Positions 50,334 to 60,505 of a DNA stretch of 64,000 bases are shown piece after piece. The position numbers and the translations under genes are program-made. Each line of letters begins with the position of its first letter. The first letter of the stretch is position 1. The stretch lies in assembly GCA_963835805.1 (NCBI GenBank), contig CAWIGS010000007.1:19855-83854 (forward strand). Reading direction: 5' to 3'. Under the pieces are notes generated by a model that was not told where the DNA came from, searched no databases, and saw only the letters and a program-made list of their open reading frames with translations. Source of the stretch: an uncultured Gammaproteobacteria bacterium. GTDB lineage: Bacteria > Pseudomonadota > Gammaproteobacteria > Xanthomonadales > Rhodanobacteraceae.

Positions 50334-51905
50334 CTACTCCGCATACGATTTGAGGAAAGTAGTACAAGAGCCGCGCCTGCGCAAGTTTCTCCAACCCATT
50401 CCCCCCAGCAAGGCCGCCAGCATGCCTGTGAACCACGCTGACAATGCCGGCGCCGGCACCACCTTCGGCGGCACAAGTGCCCCCTCGAAAGAGCCGATAT
50501 CCGGCGCCGCGCCGAGCACGCGTGGGTAGCCCGCGCCGCGTTGATCCGTGGCCAAGCCTGCGAGATTATTGCCGGCATCCAGTGCCGGGCTGCCCACTCC
50601 CAACGCCCGCGTGCGCGTGGGTCCGCCGTAATCGCCGAGCGGCAAGAGTCTGGGATCGCCGTGTACCGTGTCGGCGGGCAAAGTGACATTGGCGGCGACG
50701 GCAGTTACCAGATTATTCGTCCCGGCAATCGTGAACGCTCCCCGCGTGGCGATATCCGCCGGCACGCCGTCAACCGTGTTGTTGGCGACGATGCTGCTTT
50801 GCGAGGTTAGCGAATCGCGCACGCCAACGAAATAAATGCCGCCGCCGGAACTTCCCGCCGTGTTGTCGACAATCGTGCTGTTGTTGACCAGCATCGAGTC
50901 GAACACCCGCGCGAATACAGCGCCACCGGTTTTGTGCTTTGCGCGGTTGCCGGAGATCGTGCTGTCGCTGATGCCGAAGCCGGCATGGCTGGCAATGCCG
51001 CCGCCGCTACCGTAGGAGTAGTTGGCATTGAACGTGGACGCATAGGCATAGCCGCCAAGGTCGGAGAAGATTCCGCCGCCGGTGCAGTAGCTACCGTGCG
51101 TGTCGGTAAGCGTATGCGTCGCGCGGTTGCCGCGGACCGTGCTGGCGTAAAGGTACGCCGGGCCGCGATATGCCATCGCGCCGCCGCCATAGGCCGCGGT
51201 GAAGGTATCCGGATGCGAACCCAGCGCGATGTTGCCGGACAGTGTACTTGTATACATAGCAATACCACGCGCGACAATGCCACCACCGTACACGCCCTCA
51301 CCCGCAGCCAGACAGCCCTTGACGGTGGCGTGATCGAGCGTGACGTAGCCGTTCGAGGCGATGCAGGCTCCACCGGTGACGTGATAGCCGGCAACCCGCG
51401 TCACGCCGTTGCGCACGGTCACCCCCTGCAGATCGAGAGTGCCGTAACCGTAATGCACAAACACGCGATCAACACCGGCACCGTCGATGGCGAGCTTGTC
51501 CGCGCCGACCCCGGCGATGGTCAGATCATCGAGCAGGATCGGAATCGCGCCCTGCGTCAACGTGATCGCACTGCATGCCAATCCGCTCAAATCAACGCTG
51601 TCACCCTCGCCGGCCGCAGCGATCACACTGCGCAATGTGCCAATGCCGGCATCATCGACGCAGGAGGTCACGGCCAAGCTTGCGGCCGCGTGCGGCAACT
51701 CCGGCGCACGCGCGTGCGCCACCGCATTCATGGCACTGAACAACGCGGCCACGGCGCGCCCGTCGCCCGGATTCCAGGCGCTGGGCACCGGTGCACTCAG
51801 GGGCATGCTGGCGCGGGCGTCACCGCCGATCCCGGCCAGGGTCAGCGCCGCAGCCATCGGCACCAACCGCCAGCCGCCGATTTCCCGCATCGTGCTTGCA
51901 GACAT
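50334..51905 (-). CDS. Paralogous choice-of-anchor Q / IPTL-CTERM-like beta-helix protein
   Basis: VTSCVDDAGIGTLR, DPRLLPLGDYGGPTRT...DQRG...DIGSFE, tail VPAPALSAWFTGMLAALLGGMGWRNLRRR. Start reassigned to ATG 51905. Confidence 0.85.
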   Translation of the reverse strand: MSASTMREIGGWRLVPMAAALTLAGIGGDARASMPLSAPVPSAWNPGDGRAVAALFSAMNAVAHARAPELPHAAASLAVTSCVDDAGIGTLRSVIAAAGEGDSVDLSGLACSAITLTQGAIPILLDDLTIAGVGADKLAIDGAGVDRVFVHYGYGTLDLQGVTVRNGVTRVAGYHVTGGACIASNGYVTLDHATVKGCLAAGEGVYGGGIVARGIAMYTSTLSGNIALGSHPDTFTAAYGGGAMAYRGPAYLYASTVRGNRATHTLTDTHGSYCTGGGIFSDLGGYAYASTFNANYSYGSGGGIASHAGFGISDSTISGNRAKHKTGGAVFARVFDSMLVNNSTIVDNTAGSSGGGIYFVGVRDSLTSQSSIVANNTVDGVPADIATRGAFTIAGTNNLVTAVAANVTLPADTVHGDPRLLPLGDYGGPTRTRALGVGSPALDAGNNLAGLATDQRGAGYPRVLGAAPDIGSFEGALVPPKVVPAPALSAWFTGMLAALLGGMGWRNLRRRGSCTTFLKSYAE

Positions 51906-52025
51906 GCTTGCCCCAAACGCCCCCGCCACGACTGTACCATGCGCAACGGCGCGGCTTGCGCAGCGTGTCGCTTGGCGACTATCGTACCCGCATAAAGCCG
52001 CTGCATAACCCGGGGAACGCCGCGC

Positions 52026-52352
52026 ATGTCCTTCGCCGAAAAACGCCGCCACCCGCGTCTGAGCATCTACTTCGCCGCGCTCGCCGTTTGCGCCGGCGAG
52101 GGCTACCTGTCCGACGTCAGGGATCTTTCGCAAAGCGGCGCCTGCATTGGCCGGCCGAAAAACTGGCCTGTGGACGCGCCCGCCGAGTGTCGCGTGTTTT
52201 TCATCTTCGATCAGGAAACCGTAATCGGTCTGAACGCGCGCATCGCGCGTTCGGGCTCCGCAGATATCGGTCTGGAATTCCTGCCCGGTCAGGAAACGCG
52301 CATCGAAACCCTGCTCTACGAATCGCGCTTTGCCGAGAAAGACTCTCTCTAG
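52026..52352 (+). CDS. Stand-alone PilZ domain protein
   Basis: EKRRHPR (RxxxR) and DLSQSG (D/NxSxxG) c-di-GMP-binding motifs. Confidence 0.85.
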   Translation: MSFAEKRRHPRLSIYFAALAVCAGEGYLSDVRDLSQSGACIGRPKNWPVDAPAECRVFFIFDQETVIGLNARIARSGSADIGLEFLPGQETRIETLLYESRFAEKDSL

Positions 52353-52364
52353 CGGGAACTCGCC

Positions 52365-52703
52365 ATGTTCGCCTATCTCGCACCGATCGCGCTGCTGATC
52401 GGCTCCAACGTGTTCATGACTCTCGCCTGGTACGGCCATCTGAAGTTCACCGACCGTCCCCTGTGGCTGGTGATTGTGGTCAGCTGGGGTATTGCGTTCT
52501 TCGAGTATTGCCTGCAAGTGCCGGGCAACCGCATCGGCTTTCAGGTCTACAACCCGGCGCAGCTCAAGACGATCCAGGAGATCATCACGCTGAGCGTGTT
52601 CGTTGTGTTTTCGATCACGTATCTGGGCACGTCAATCAAGTGGAATCACCTGGTCGGCTTTGCACTGATTGTGCTCGCGGCATTCTTCATTTTCTACCAA
52701 TGA
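52365..52703 (+). CDS. DMT family small membrane protein (DUF486)
   Basis: SNVFMTLAWYGHLK, SWGIAFFEYCLQVPGNRIG, QLKTIQEIITL. Confidence 0.9.
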   Translation: MFAYLAPIALLIGSNVFMTLAWYGHLKFTDRPLWLVIVVSWGIAFFEYCLQVPGNRIGFQVYNPAQLKTIQEIITLSVFVVFSITYLGTSIKWNHLVGFALIVLAAFFIFYQ

Positions 52704-52706
52704 CGC

Positions 52707-53096
52707 TCAGCCCGTTGCCAGCGCGCGAACGACACCTGCCAGTGCGGCCAGGAGCAGCACCGCGATCGGCACCATACTGAACATGAAACCCCAATGCCGC
52801 GATTTCGGATCGCTGACGTAGCCACGCAGATAGGCCATGCGTCCGATCACGTAGACCGCGCCGATCGCCGCCATCCACAACGGATTCCAGTACTGCGCGG
52901 CGATCCACAGCGCGGGCACGAACAAAATCAGCAATTCCAGTGTGTTCTGCTGCACGCGGAAATAGCGGTCGAAGATTTCATGGCCGCTGATCGCCGGGGC
53001 CTTGACCCCATATTTCGCGCGCGCCTTGCCCACCAACCAGCCAAACACGAAGTATTCGAGCAGCGCGCACAGCGTGATCAGATTGACCCAAGTCAT
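52707..53096 (-). CDS. MAPEG family protein
   Basis: VGKARAKYGVKAPAISGHEIFDRYFRVQQNTLE. Start reassigned to ATG 53096. Confidence 0.9.
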   Translation of the reverse strand: MTWVNLITLCALLEYFVFGWLVGKARAKYGVKAPAISGHEIFDRYFRVQQNTLELLILFVPALWIAAQYWNPLWMAAIGAVYVIGRMAYLRGYVSDPKSRHWGFMFSMVPIAVLLLAALAGVVRALATG

Positions 53097-53125
53097 CTTG
53101 CGCTCCGGTAATCGTTGTATACGGA

Positions 53126-53431
53126 TCAGAATTTGATCCGACCTGTCAGCGTATGCCCCCACATTACCCAGTCGCCGGCAAGGCTGTAGAACGGATACTT
53201 GAACGTGGCCGGGCGATTGTGCTCGAAGAAAAAATGGCCGATCCAGGCGAAGCCGTAGCCGATGATCGGCAGCGACCACAGCCAGATCCAGCGTTGCGTG
53301 GCGCAAACGGCGATCACTACGAGGACAATCAGCGAACTGCCAATGAAATGTAGCCGCCGGCTGGTGCGATTGGCGTGCTCGCTCAGATAGAACGGATAGA
53401 ACTCGCGGAAATTGGCGAAGCGGCTCGGCAT
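53126..53431 (-). CDS. DUF962/Mpo1-like membrane protein
   Basis: FYPFYLSEH, RRLHFIGS, GYGFAWIGHFFFEHNRPATFKYP. Confidence 0.9.
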   Translation of the reverse strand: MPSRFANFREFYPFYLSEHANRTSRRLHFIGSSLIVLVVIAVCATQRWIWLWSLPIIGYGFAWIGHFFFEHNRPATFKYPFYSLAGDWVMWGHTLTGRIKF

Positions 53432-53537
53432 TGCCTGATTCTCGCGCGAACACCTGTACGGCACAAGTCAACCGATGATGACGTACCGCGTTGTATTGCG
53501 CATACCCCGGGCCTGTTGCGAGTACAGGCCACTTCCC

Positions 53538-53571
53538 ACGGCACGCACGGGCCTCGTGCGCGCCGTTTTTT
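53538..53571. terminator. Hairpin with + strand U-tract downstream of the serine-hydrolase operon
   Basis: ACGGCACGCACG-GGCCT-CGTGCGCGCCGT-TTTTT: 12-bp stem with one mismatch, which becomes G.U on the minus strand. Orientation ambiguous. Confidence 0.5.
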
Positions 53572-53584
53572 CCTTGGCGCCGGG

Positions 53585-55210
53585 CTATTTTGCCGAACCG
53601 GCGTTCGCGCTGGGTATGAAGTGCAGATCCTGATAGTCGAAGCTGAAATCCGCGGTCGGCGATACGGCCTTCATCCGCACCGCAACGATCTTGCCGGCGG
53701 GATCCAGATCGAAGCTGAGATAAGCATCCTCGATATCGCGATCGCTCCAGCGCGTGCGGAAGGTATCGTACTGCGCGTGCTCAAGCGCGCCTTCCATTCC
53801 CGGTGAACGATCGAAACGGATGCGCAATTTTCCCTGATCGTTGCTGATCGTCATCGTGCCGTACCACGGGTCGCGGTAGACACCGGCGTATGCGGCAGGC
53901 GCCAGCGATGGGCCAATTTCCGGATGCAGCTTTACCTGCAGCGACTGCAGCGATTTCTGCGCCTTTGCATGACGTTGATCGACGAGCTCGCGGTAACTTG
54001 CAATCCAGTCGGTCGCTCGCGCGTTCACATAATGATCGAGCAGTTGATGGTAAACCGCCTGCAGTGCCCCTCCGTCCTCCGAGTTGATCATCGCAGCGAA
54101 TGCCACATGCTTGTCAGGGATGATCACCACTTCGGATAATCCGCCGAGCACGCCGCCAGCATGCGTGACGATCTTGTGACCTCGATAATCCGTTACGAAG
54201 AATCCCAGCGCATAGGCGGCGAAATTGGGCGTAGTAGCCGAAATCGGCTTCGGCGCAGGCGAGACCGGAATGATGGTCACCGGCGTCCACAGCATGTTCG
54301 ACTGCGCCGCGCTGAACAGACGCTTGCCTTTGCCCATGTCGCCCTGGGCCAATTGCACGTGCAACCAGCGCGCCATGTCGTCGGCGCTGGCGCAGACGGA
54401 GCCAGCGGGTGCTATCGCGCGGGTTACCCCGTCCGAACCGAGCACCGTTTGCGGTCCTATGCCACGTATAGATCCGGATATGCGCGCGTGCGGTGCGGCG
54501 TGATTCGGGCCTTGCGCCTTGAAATCGATCGCGGCGTCGCGCATTCCAAGCGGCGCGAAGATACGCTGCTTGACGAAGTCTTCCCAGGTTTGTCCCGACA
54601 CAGTCTGCAGCAACTCTCCTGCTGCCGAGTACAGAACATTGTCGTAGGCGAAACGATCGCGAAAGCTGGTGGCCGGTTTGAGGTAGCGGATCGAGTGAAC
54701 CAATTCGGCGCGGCTGCGATCGGTGTCCGGAAAAACCATCAGATCGCCTTCGCCCAAACCCAATCCGCTGCGATGCACCAGCATATCGACGACCGTCATT
54801 TCCTGCGATGCGTAGGCATCGTACATGCGGAAACCGGGCAGCTTCTCGCCGACCTTGTCGTCCCAATGCAGCTTGCCTTCGTCAACCAGGATCGCCAGCG
54901 CAGTGGAAGTAAACGCCTTCGAGTTGGAGCCGATGGGAAACGTGGTGTGCACGTCCACAGGCTCGGGCGAACCCAGTTCGCGGATGCCATAGGCGCGCGT
55001 GACAACCTTGTCGCCATCGACGATCGCGAGCGCCATTCCCGGTACGCCGAAGGTCTTCATCGCGCGCGCGACATACGCGTCGAGATCGGGAGGAGGAGGC
55101 GTCGCTTCCCGCGCTTGAACCGTGCTGGCCGCGGGACCCGCAGCGCCTGCAACGGCCGCGCCGCCCAGCATCAGCAACGCAGTACCTATTGTCATCCACC
55201 GAGTGAACAT
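53585..55210 (-). CDS. Secreted serine hydrolase, class C beta-lactamase/D-peptidase fold with DUF3471 C-terminus
   Basis: SNSK (SxxK), FAYDN (YxN), HAGG, YAGVYRDPWYG, ADFSFDYQDL. Confidence 0.9.
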   Translation of the reverse strand: MFTRWMTIGTALLMLGGAAVAGAAGPAASTVQAREATPPPPDLDAYVARAMKTFGVPGMALAIVDGDKVVTRAYGIRELGSPEPVDVHTTFPIGSNSKAFTSTALAILVDEGKLHWDDKVGEKLPGFRMYDAYASQEMTVVDMLVHRSGLGLGEGDLMVFPDTDRSRAELVHSIRYLKPATSFRDRFAYDNVLYSAAGELLQTVSGQTWEDFVKQRIFAPLGMRDAAIDFKAQGPNHAAPHARISGSIRGIGPQTVLGSDGVTRAIAPAGSVCASADDMARWLHVQLAQGDMGKGKRLFSAAQSNMLWTPVTIIPVSPAPKPISATTPNFAAYALGFFVTDYRGHKIVTHAGGVLGGLSEVVIIPDKHVAFAAMINSEDGGALQAVYHQLLDHYVNARATDWIASYRELVDQRHAKAQKSLQSLQVKLHPEIGPSLAPAAYAGVYRDPWYGTMTISNDQGKLRIRFDRSPGMEGALEHAQYDTFRTRWSDRDIEDAYLSFDLDPAGKIVAVRMKAVSPTADFSFDYQDLHFIPSANAGSAK

Positions 55211-55265
55211 GCTTCCCCCTCGCAGGCTTTCAAGCCGCTATTTGCCCGTCGACCGTCGCGTCGGT

Positions 55266-57266
55266 TCAGAAGTGCGTGTTGAAGTTCGCCAGCCCATACG
55301 CGAAGATCGCCCAGATGCCATAGATCGCACATACGGCGAGTACCGCCTCGCCCGTGCGACACAGCACTCCACCGGGTCCGCGTGCAATACGCCAGACTGC
55401 CTCGAGCACAATTGCGATTCCACCCACGATCGCCAGCACACCCAGCAGGTGCAACAGGATCAACCAGCCGCCGTAATCGGTATGGAACAGCCCGAGCGGA
55501 TTCGAGAACACCGCCAGCAGCATCAGCCAGCCAAGCACTACCATCAATTGCAGAATCACGCCAATCCGTGCAGCCAATCGGAGCGAAGATTGTTTCGGCG
55601 CGGATGGCAGGGTACGGCCAAAACGTCGCCGCACGATTGCTCCACCGATCCAGACCAGCAGGGTCAAGAGAAACACCGCAATCGAGATTTTTGTCAGTAA
55701 TGCAAACCATCCGTGTTGCTCCAAGCCGTGCACCGGCTGCATCACCATCACCGGATCCGAGTCGGAAATCCACCAGCGGATCGAACCATCCTCATTCGTG
55801 ACAAAGCGCAAGCGCTCTTGACCGTCCACTTCGCGATACGTCAATGGACCCACTTCGCGCCAATGCTTCAACGCTCCGCTCGGGAGCGTCAGCATGCTCA
55901 CCGTAATCGTCCCGTCAGGTTGCGCGGCGACCTGCGCCTGGCCCAGCATGAACAATAGCCGCCATGCACTGTCTTCGCGGCGACTGCTCCAGTACCAGCC
56001 CGCCACGCGCGCAGCGTCGGACTGGGCGGTTGCGAGCGTTGTTTGTGTGGGCACCTTGTAAGGAAAGTAGCGGTCGAGGAAGGCGTGGAACAATTCGGTG
56101 CGCACGCCCTCGGATGAACCGTTCGGGGCTTTGCCTGCGCTGTTGAAGGACATGAACAAGCCGGTATCATTGTCCAGCAAAAGATGCAGATCCGAATGGA
56201 ACGCGATCGTGTCGCCACCGTGACCGATGATGCGCAGTCCGTTGCGATCTTCCTGGTAGAAACCGAGATCGTACCCGTTCATGTCGGGCGCCATCCGCGA
56301 CTGCGGTGAATGCATCAATTTCGCTGTCGCCACAGGCAGGATCGAGACGCCGTTGAATTGCCCATCCTGCAACTGCGCCACCATGAATTTCGCCATGTCG
56401 GTGGCGCTGGAGCTCAGCGAGCCGGCCGGCCAAGGCTGGACAGCTTCGAATGGCACGATGACGTCGCCCGTGGCAGTTATGTAACCGGTCGCCAGATCGC
56501 CACTCAACACGGCTGGCAGCGGTTGCGCAAACGTCGAATGCGTCATGCCCAATGGCAGCAGGATGTGGTTTTTAACGTAGGTATTGAATGGTTCGTTGGA
56601 TACGCGCTGCACGATGTAGCCCGCCAGCGCGGCACCATAGTTGGAATACGCCACGACTTCGCCCGGCGGAAAAATCCGCGGTGGGATGTGATCCATCAGG
56701 TATTGGCGCAGCGGAGCCAGTTCTGCGGGTGTTGCCGCCATCAAGTTGTGAATGGTCTCGGCAAAACCAGGCGTCATCGTCATCAAGTCGCGGACCGTGA
56801 TCGGCTTGCCGAACTTGTGCGGGATTTTGAAATCGAGATAGTTGTTTACATCCGCATCAAGATTGATCTTGTCTGCGGCAACCAGTTGCATTACCGCGGT
56901 CCAGGTGAACAACTTCGAGGTCGAGCCGACTCTGAACAAAGTCTTGTCTGAAATTACCGGCGCGCGTTTGGCAACATCTGCGTAGCCGTAACCCTGCGCG
57001 AAGATCAACTGTCCACCCTTCACCACCGCGATTACACCCCCGGCGATGTCGTTGCGTTTCAGCATGTAGGGAACGAGTCCGTCGAAAAACGTGCTCACAT
57101 CCTGCGCCGTCAACGCGGGCACTTGCGTGGGAGACGTCGCATCTGTCGCAGCGCTGGCTATTGGCGATGCAGGCGTCGAGCTGGCAGGCACGGGAGTTTG
57201 CGCCGCCTCGACTGCCGCGTTCATCAGGAGCAAGGCAACCCCTGCCATGATCAATCGAGTGAACAT
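55266..57266 (-). CDS. Serine hydrolase (beta-lactamase fold) with three C-terminal TM helices
   Basis: GSTSKLFT (SxxK), AYSNYG (YxN), HGGDT, hydrophobic C-terminus. Confidence 0.9.
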   Translation of the reverse strand: MFTRLIMAGVALLLMNAAVEAAQTPVPASSTPASPIASAATDATSPTQVPALTAQDVSTFFDGLVPYMLKRNDIAGGVIAVVKGGQLIFAQGYGYADVAKRAPVISDKTLFRVGSTSKLFTWTAVMQLVAADKINLDADVNNYLDFKIPHKFGKPITVRDLMTMTPGFAETIHNLMAATPAELAPLRQYLMDHIPPRIFPPGEVVAYSNYGAALAGYIVQRVSNEPFNTYVKNHILLPLGMTHSTFAQPLPAVLSGDLATGYITATGDVIVPFEAVQPWPAGSLSSSATDMAKFMVAQLQDGQFNGVSILPVATAKLMHSPQSRMAPDMNGYDLGFYQEDRNGLRIIGHGGDTIAFHSDLHLLLDNDTGLFMSFNSAGKAPNGSSEGVRTELFHAFLDRYFPYKVPTQTTLATAQSDAARVAGWYWSSRREDSAWRLLFMLGQAQVAAQPDGTITVSMLTLPSGALKHWREVGPLTYREVDGQERLRFVTNEDGSIRWWISDSDPVMVMQPVHGLEQHGWFALLTKISIAVFLLTLLVWIGGAIVRRRFGRTLPSAPKQSSLRLAARIGVILQLMVVLGWLMLLAVFSNPLGLFHTDYGGWLILLHLLGVLAIVGGIAIVLEAVWRIARGPGGVLCRTGEAVLAVCAIYGIWAIFAYGLANFNTHF

Positions 57267-57346
57267 GTCTTTTCCAGGCAGCATCACGATTGCCGGCGAT
57301 TCAATTGCGGAATCCGGGACGGCGCGCGCAAGCGCACGCCGTCACC

Positions 57347-59370
57347 TCAATACGTCAGGCTGAAATTGGCCAGGCCATATGCGACAATTCCCCACAGCGC
57401 GTAGAGTCGCGCACAAGCCAAGTACGAATTCGCCAAGTCGCACCAGCCAGCCGCCGGGTCCGCGCAAGACACGCAGGATCGCCTCGACCAGCATGGCGAA
57501 GCGCACCAGAACGCCGCAGTACGCCCAAGCATATACAGCGCCTCAGATAGCCATCGACGCTTGCCATCGGCCGGTGGCAAAGACGGAGGATGAACATGAC
57601 GATCCAGCCGATCAGTCAGCAGCAGCATGGCATCGCACCCAGGCGGGAGCCCAACCGCCAGCGCGAACTGGCTGCGCTTGAGCATAACTCGTGCGGTAAT
57701 GCCGACGCGAACGATCCAGCCACCAAACCAGATCGCAAGCGTAAGCACGAGCGTTGCAATAAACAGCCATGCCCACGGGCTTGACATCCGAGACTGCTCA
57801 AGCCGTGCACCGGCTGGAACACCTCGACGGGGAGAAAGTCATCGGAAATCCAGTATCGGATCCGGCCATCCTTGTCGGTCACGAATTTCGTGTGGGTCTG
57901 CCCGCCGACTTCGCGATAGGTCAGTGGGCCCAACTTCGCGCCAGGTCTGCGGCGTGCCACTCAAGTCGGTAAGTGCAGCGAACTGGATGGTGCCGTCGGC
58001 ATCCGCGGTGACGCTGGATTGCGTGAGTGCATACAGCAGGCCGTAATCCGCTCTCGATACGGCGGTGCCAATATACCAACCGGCGACGCGGGCTGCGTCG
58101 CGGTTTGGGGTCGGCGACGGTCTTTTCCTGCGGTGGCGTGTACGGAAAATAGCGATTGAGGAAAAAGCGGAACAGCACGGTACGAAGTTTGCTCGACCTC
58201 ACCCGCCTTGCCCGCGCTGTTGAACGACATGAAAAGGCCGACATGCTTGTCCAGCAACAAATGCAGGTCGCTGTGGAATGCGTTGGTGTCACCGGCATGG
58301 CCGATGATGCGCAGACCGTTGCGGTTTTCCTGATAGAAGCCAAGGGCGAAACCGTTCATGCCCGGCGCCATGTGCGAGCTGCGGCGAATGCATCACCGCG
58401 ATCATCGCCGGCGACAGGAGCGATGCACCGTTGTACTGGCCATCATCCAGTTGCGCGAGCATGAAACTGCGCCATGTCGGCGCCGGTCGTGGTCATCGAA
58501 CCGGCCGGCGCGACCTCGATGGCCTCGAACGGAATCGTCTGCTTGTTCGATTCGCCGAGCGATAGCCGACCGAGATATAGCGCCGCCAGCGCGGGCGGCA
58601 GCGGCTGCGCGAACGTCGAATGATCCATGCCGAGCGGCTTGAAGATGTGATTTTCGACGTATTGGTCGAACGGCTCGCCGGAAACGCGTTCGACGATATA
58701 GCCCGCCAGCGTCGCGCCATAATTCGAATACGCAACGATCTTGCCAGGCGGGAAAATCCGCGCCGGCATATGCTTCTTCACGTAGTCGCCGATCGGAAAA
58801 AGTTGCTTGGTGTCCTTGAGAAATTCTTCGCCCAAGGTATCCTCGAAACCCGCCGTATGCGTCATCAGGTCACGCATGGTGAGCGGCTTGCCGAATTTTT
58901 CCGGAATCTTGAAATCCAGATACTCGTTGACGTCCGCATCCAAATCGATCTTGCCCGCGCCAACCAGTTGCATCACCGCCGTCCAGGTAAACGTCTTGGA
59001 AATCGAGCCGGGCCGAAACAAGGTTTGATCGGCGATCGACCGGCTTGCGCGTGGCCAGGTCGGCGTAACCATAGCCTTGCGCGAGCAGGAGCTGGCCATC
59101 CTTGACCACGACGATAACGCCGCCAACGATGTCGCCGCGCTGCATCGCGTAAGGCACGAGACTATCGAAGAAGGACTGCGCATCTTCGGCAGTCAACGCC
59201 GGCGCGCCTGTCGTTGTCGGTGCTGTTTCGGCAACCGGCGCTGCAGTGGCGGCGGCGCCCGGCGTCGTTGTTGGATTCTGTGCTGTTGTCGCAGCGGGCG
59301 CATCCGCAGCCATGGCCGCACACGTGAGCATCACCAGCGCCGCAGTCGCGGCAATCAATCGAGTAAACAT
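57347..59370 (-). pseudogene. Paralogous membrane-anchored serine hydrolase, multiply frameshifted (true pseudogene or poor-quality sequence)
   Basis: MFTRLIAA start; GSISKTFT, AYSNYG, HAGDT and C-terminal AYGLANFSLTY are spread over at least five reading-frame segments, collinear with 55266..57266. Confidence 0.75.
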
Positions 59371-59413
59371 GGCCTCTCCTGGAAACAGTAAAAATCGTCG
59401 AGCGTGAGGGATC

Positions 59414-60400
59414 TCACGCCGCAGCTCCCCAAACCGCTTCGGAGCAGTAGATATTGCCATCCGCGTATTCCACGAACGGCGTGCGATCGCGCGACAACAC
59501 CAGCGGCGCGTCCAGATCCACGTAATCGCACAATTGACCGAGTACGAATGCCGGCGCCATCGCCAACGACGTGGCGTTCATGCAGCCGACCATGACGCCA
59601 AGATTGAGTCGATGCGCCGCGTGCGCCATCAGCAACCCTTCGGTCAGTCCGCCGCATTTGTCCAGTTTGATATTGATCAGGTTGTAGTACGGTGCTGCGA
59701 TCGGCTCGATGTCGCGTAGGCTCTGCACGCTTTCGTCCGCGGCGAGCGGAATCGGCGATTGCAAGCCGGCCAGCGCGGCGTCCTCACCGCGCGGCAAGGG
59801 CTGCTCAATGAGTCCAACTTTCGCTTCGATCAGCGTAGGCAACAAATCCTCCAGCGTTTGCCGGGTGAACGCCTGATTGGCGTCGACCCCGATCCAGACA
59901 TCCGGACGCGCTGCGCGTACCGCCTGCACGCAGGCAGCGGCGTCCGCGCCGGTGAGTTTCATCTTGATCGCACGCGCTTGGGTGTAAGCGCTGGCGCCGG
60001 CGGCCATTTGTTCCGGCGATCCCGCGCCGACCGTACACGTCGTGCGTAAAGCAACCGGTTCACGTACGTGGGCCAGTTTCCACACCGGAAGCCCGGCGCG
60101 TCGGGACTCCAATTCCCACAACGCGCAATCCAGCGCATTGCGCGCGCCGCCGGGCGGCATCAGGCTGCGCAGGGAGTCACGATCCAATCCGTTCTCGATC
60201 TTGTCGCGCAGCGCTTCAATTTGCGCGCTCATGCGCACTGGCGTCTCGTCATGGTAATACACGCCATTGGCTTCGCCGCGTCCCGTGTATGCGCCATCGC
60301 GAAGCGTGACCACCAGCACCTCGGCACCGGTGAACACATAGTTGGTGATATGAAACGGCTGCTTGTACGGCCAGCTTTCGATTTGCAGCGCAAGCTCCAT
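59414..60400 (-). CDS. Enolase-superfamily dipeptide epimerase (L-Ala-D/L-Glu epimerase / DgcA-like)
   Basis: GARNALDCALW, IKMK (KxK), DAN, EQP, ADES, NIKLDKCGG, DLD. Confidence 0.9.
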   Translation of the reverse strand: MELALQIESWPYKQPFHITNYVFTGAEVLVVTLRDGAYTGRGEANGVYYHDETPVRMSAQIEALRDKIENGLDRDSLRSLMPPGGARNALDCALWELESRRAGLPVWKLAHVREPVALRTTCTVGAGSPEQMAAGASAYTQARAIKMKLTGADAAACVQAVRAARPDVWIGVDANQAFTRQTLEDLLPTLIEAKVGLIEQPLPRGEDAALAGLQSPIPLAADESVQSLRDIEPIAAPYYNLINIKLDKCGGLTEGLLMAHAAHRLNLGVMVGCMNATSLAMAPAFVLGQLCDYVDLDAPLVLSRDRTPFVEYADGNIYCSEAVWGAAA

Positions 60401-60454
60401 GTTCGACCTGGATTGAATGGTGATACGGAAATTTCGCTATCGATGCGAGGGTCC

Positions 60455-60497
60455 AAAAAAAACGGCCGGCCGTGTTACTCGCAAACACGACCGGCCG
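60455..60497 (-). terminator. Intrinsic terminator after the TonB-dependent receptor
   Basis: Minus strand CGGCCGGTCGTGTT-TGCGAGT-AACACGGCCGGCCG-TTTTTTTT. Confidence 0.8.
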
Positions 60498-60505
60498 GGT
60501 CCAAC

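Noticed and set aside
50323-52517. Long N-terminal extensions on the two choice-of-anchor Q ORFs (to 50689 and 52517)
   Set aside because: They overlap neighbouring real genes; signal peptides point to starts at 50323 and 51905.
53585-59370. Antibiotic-resistance beta-lactamase cluster
   Set aside because: The fold is shared, but the HGG/HAG triad region, DUF3471 or TM extensions and catabolic context fit peptidases/esterases better than AmpC.
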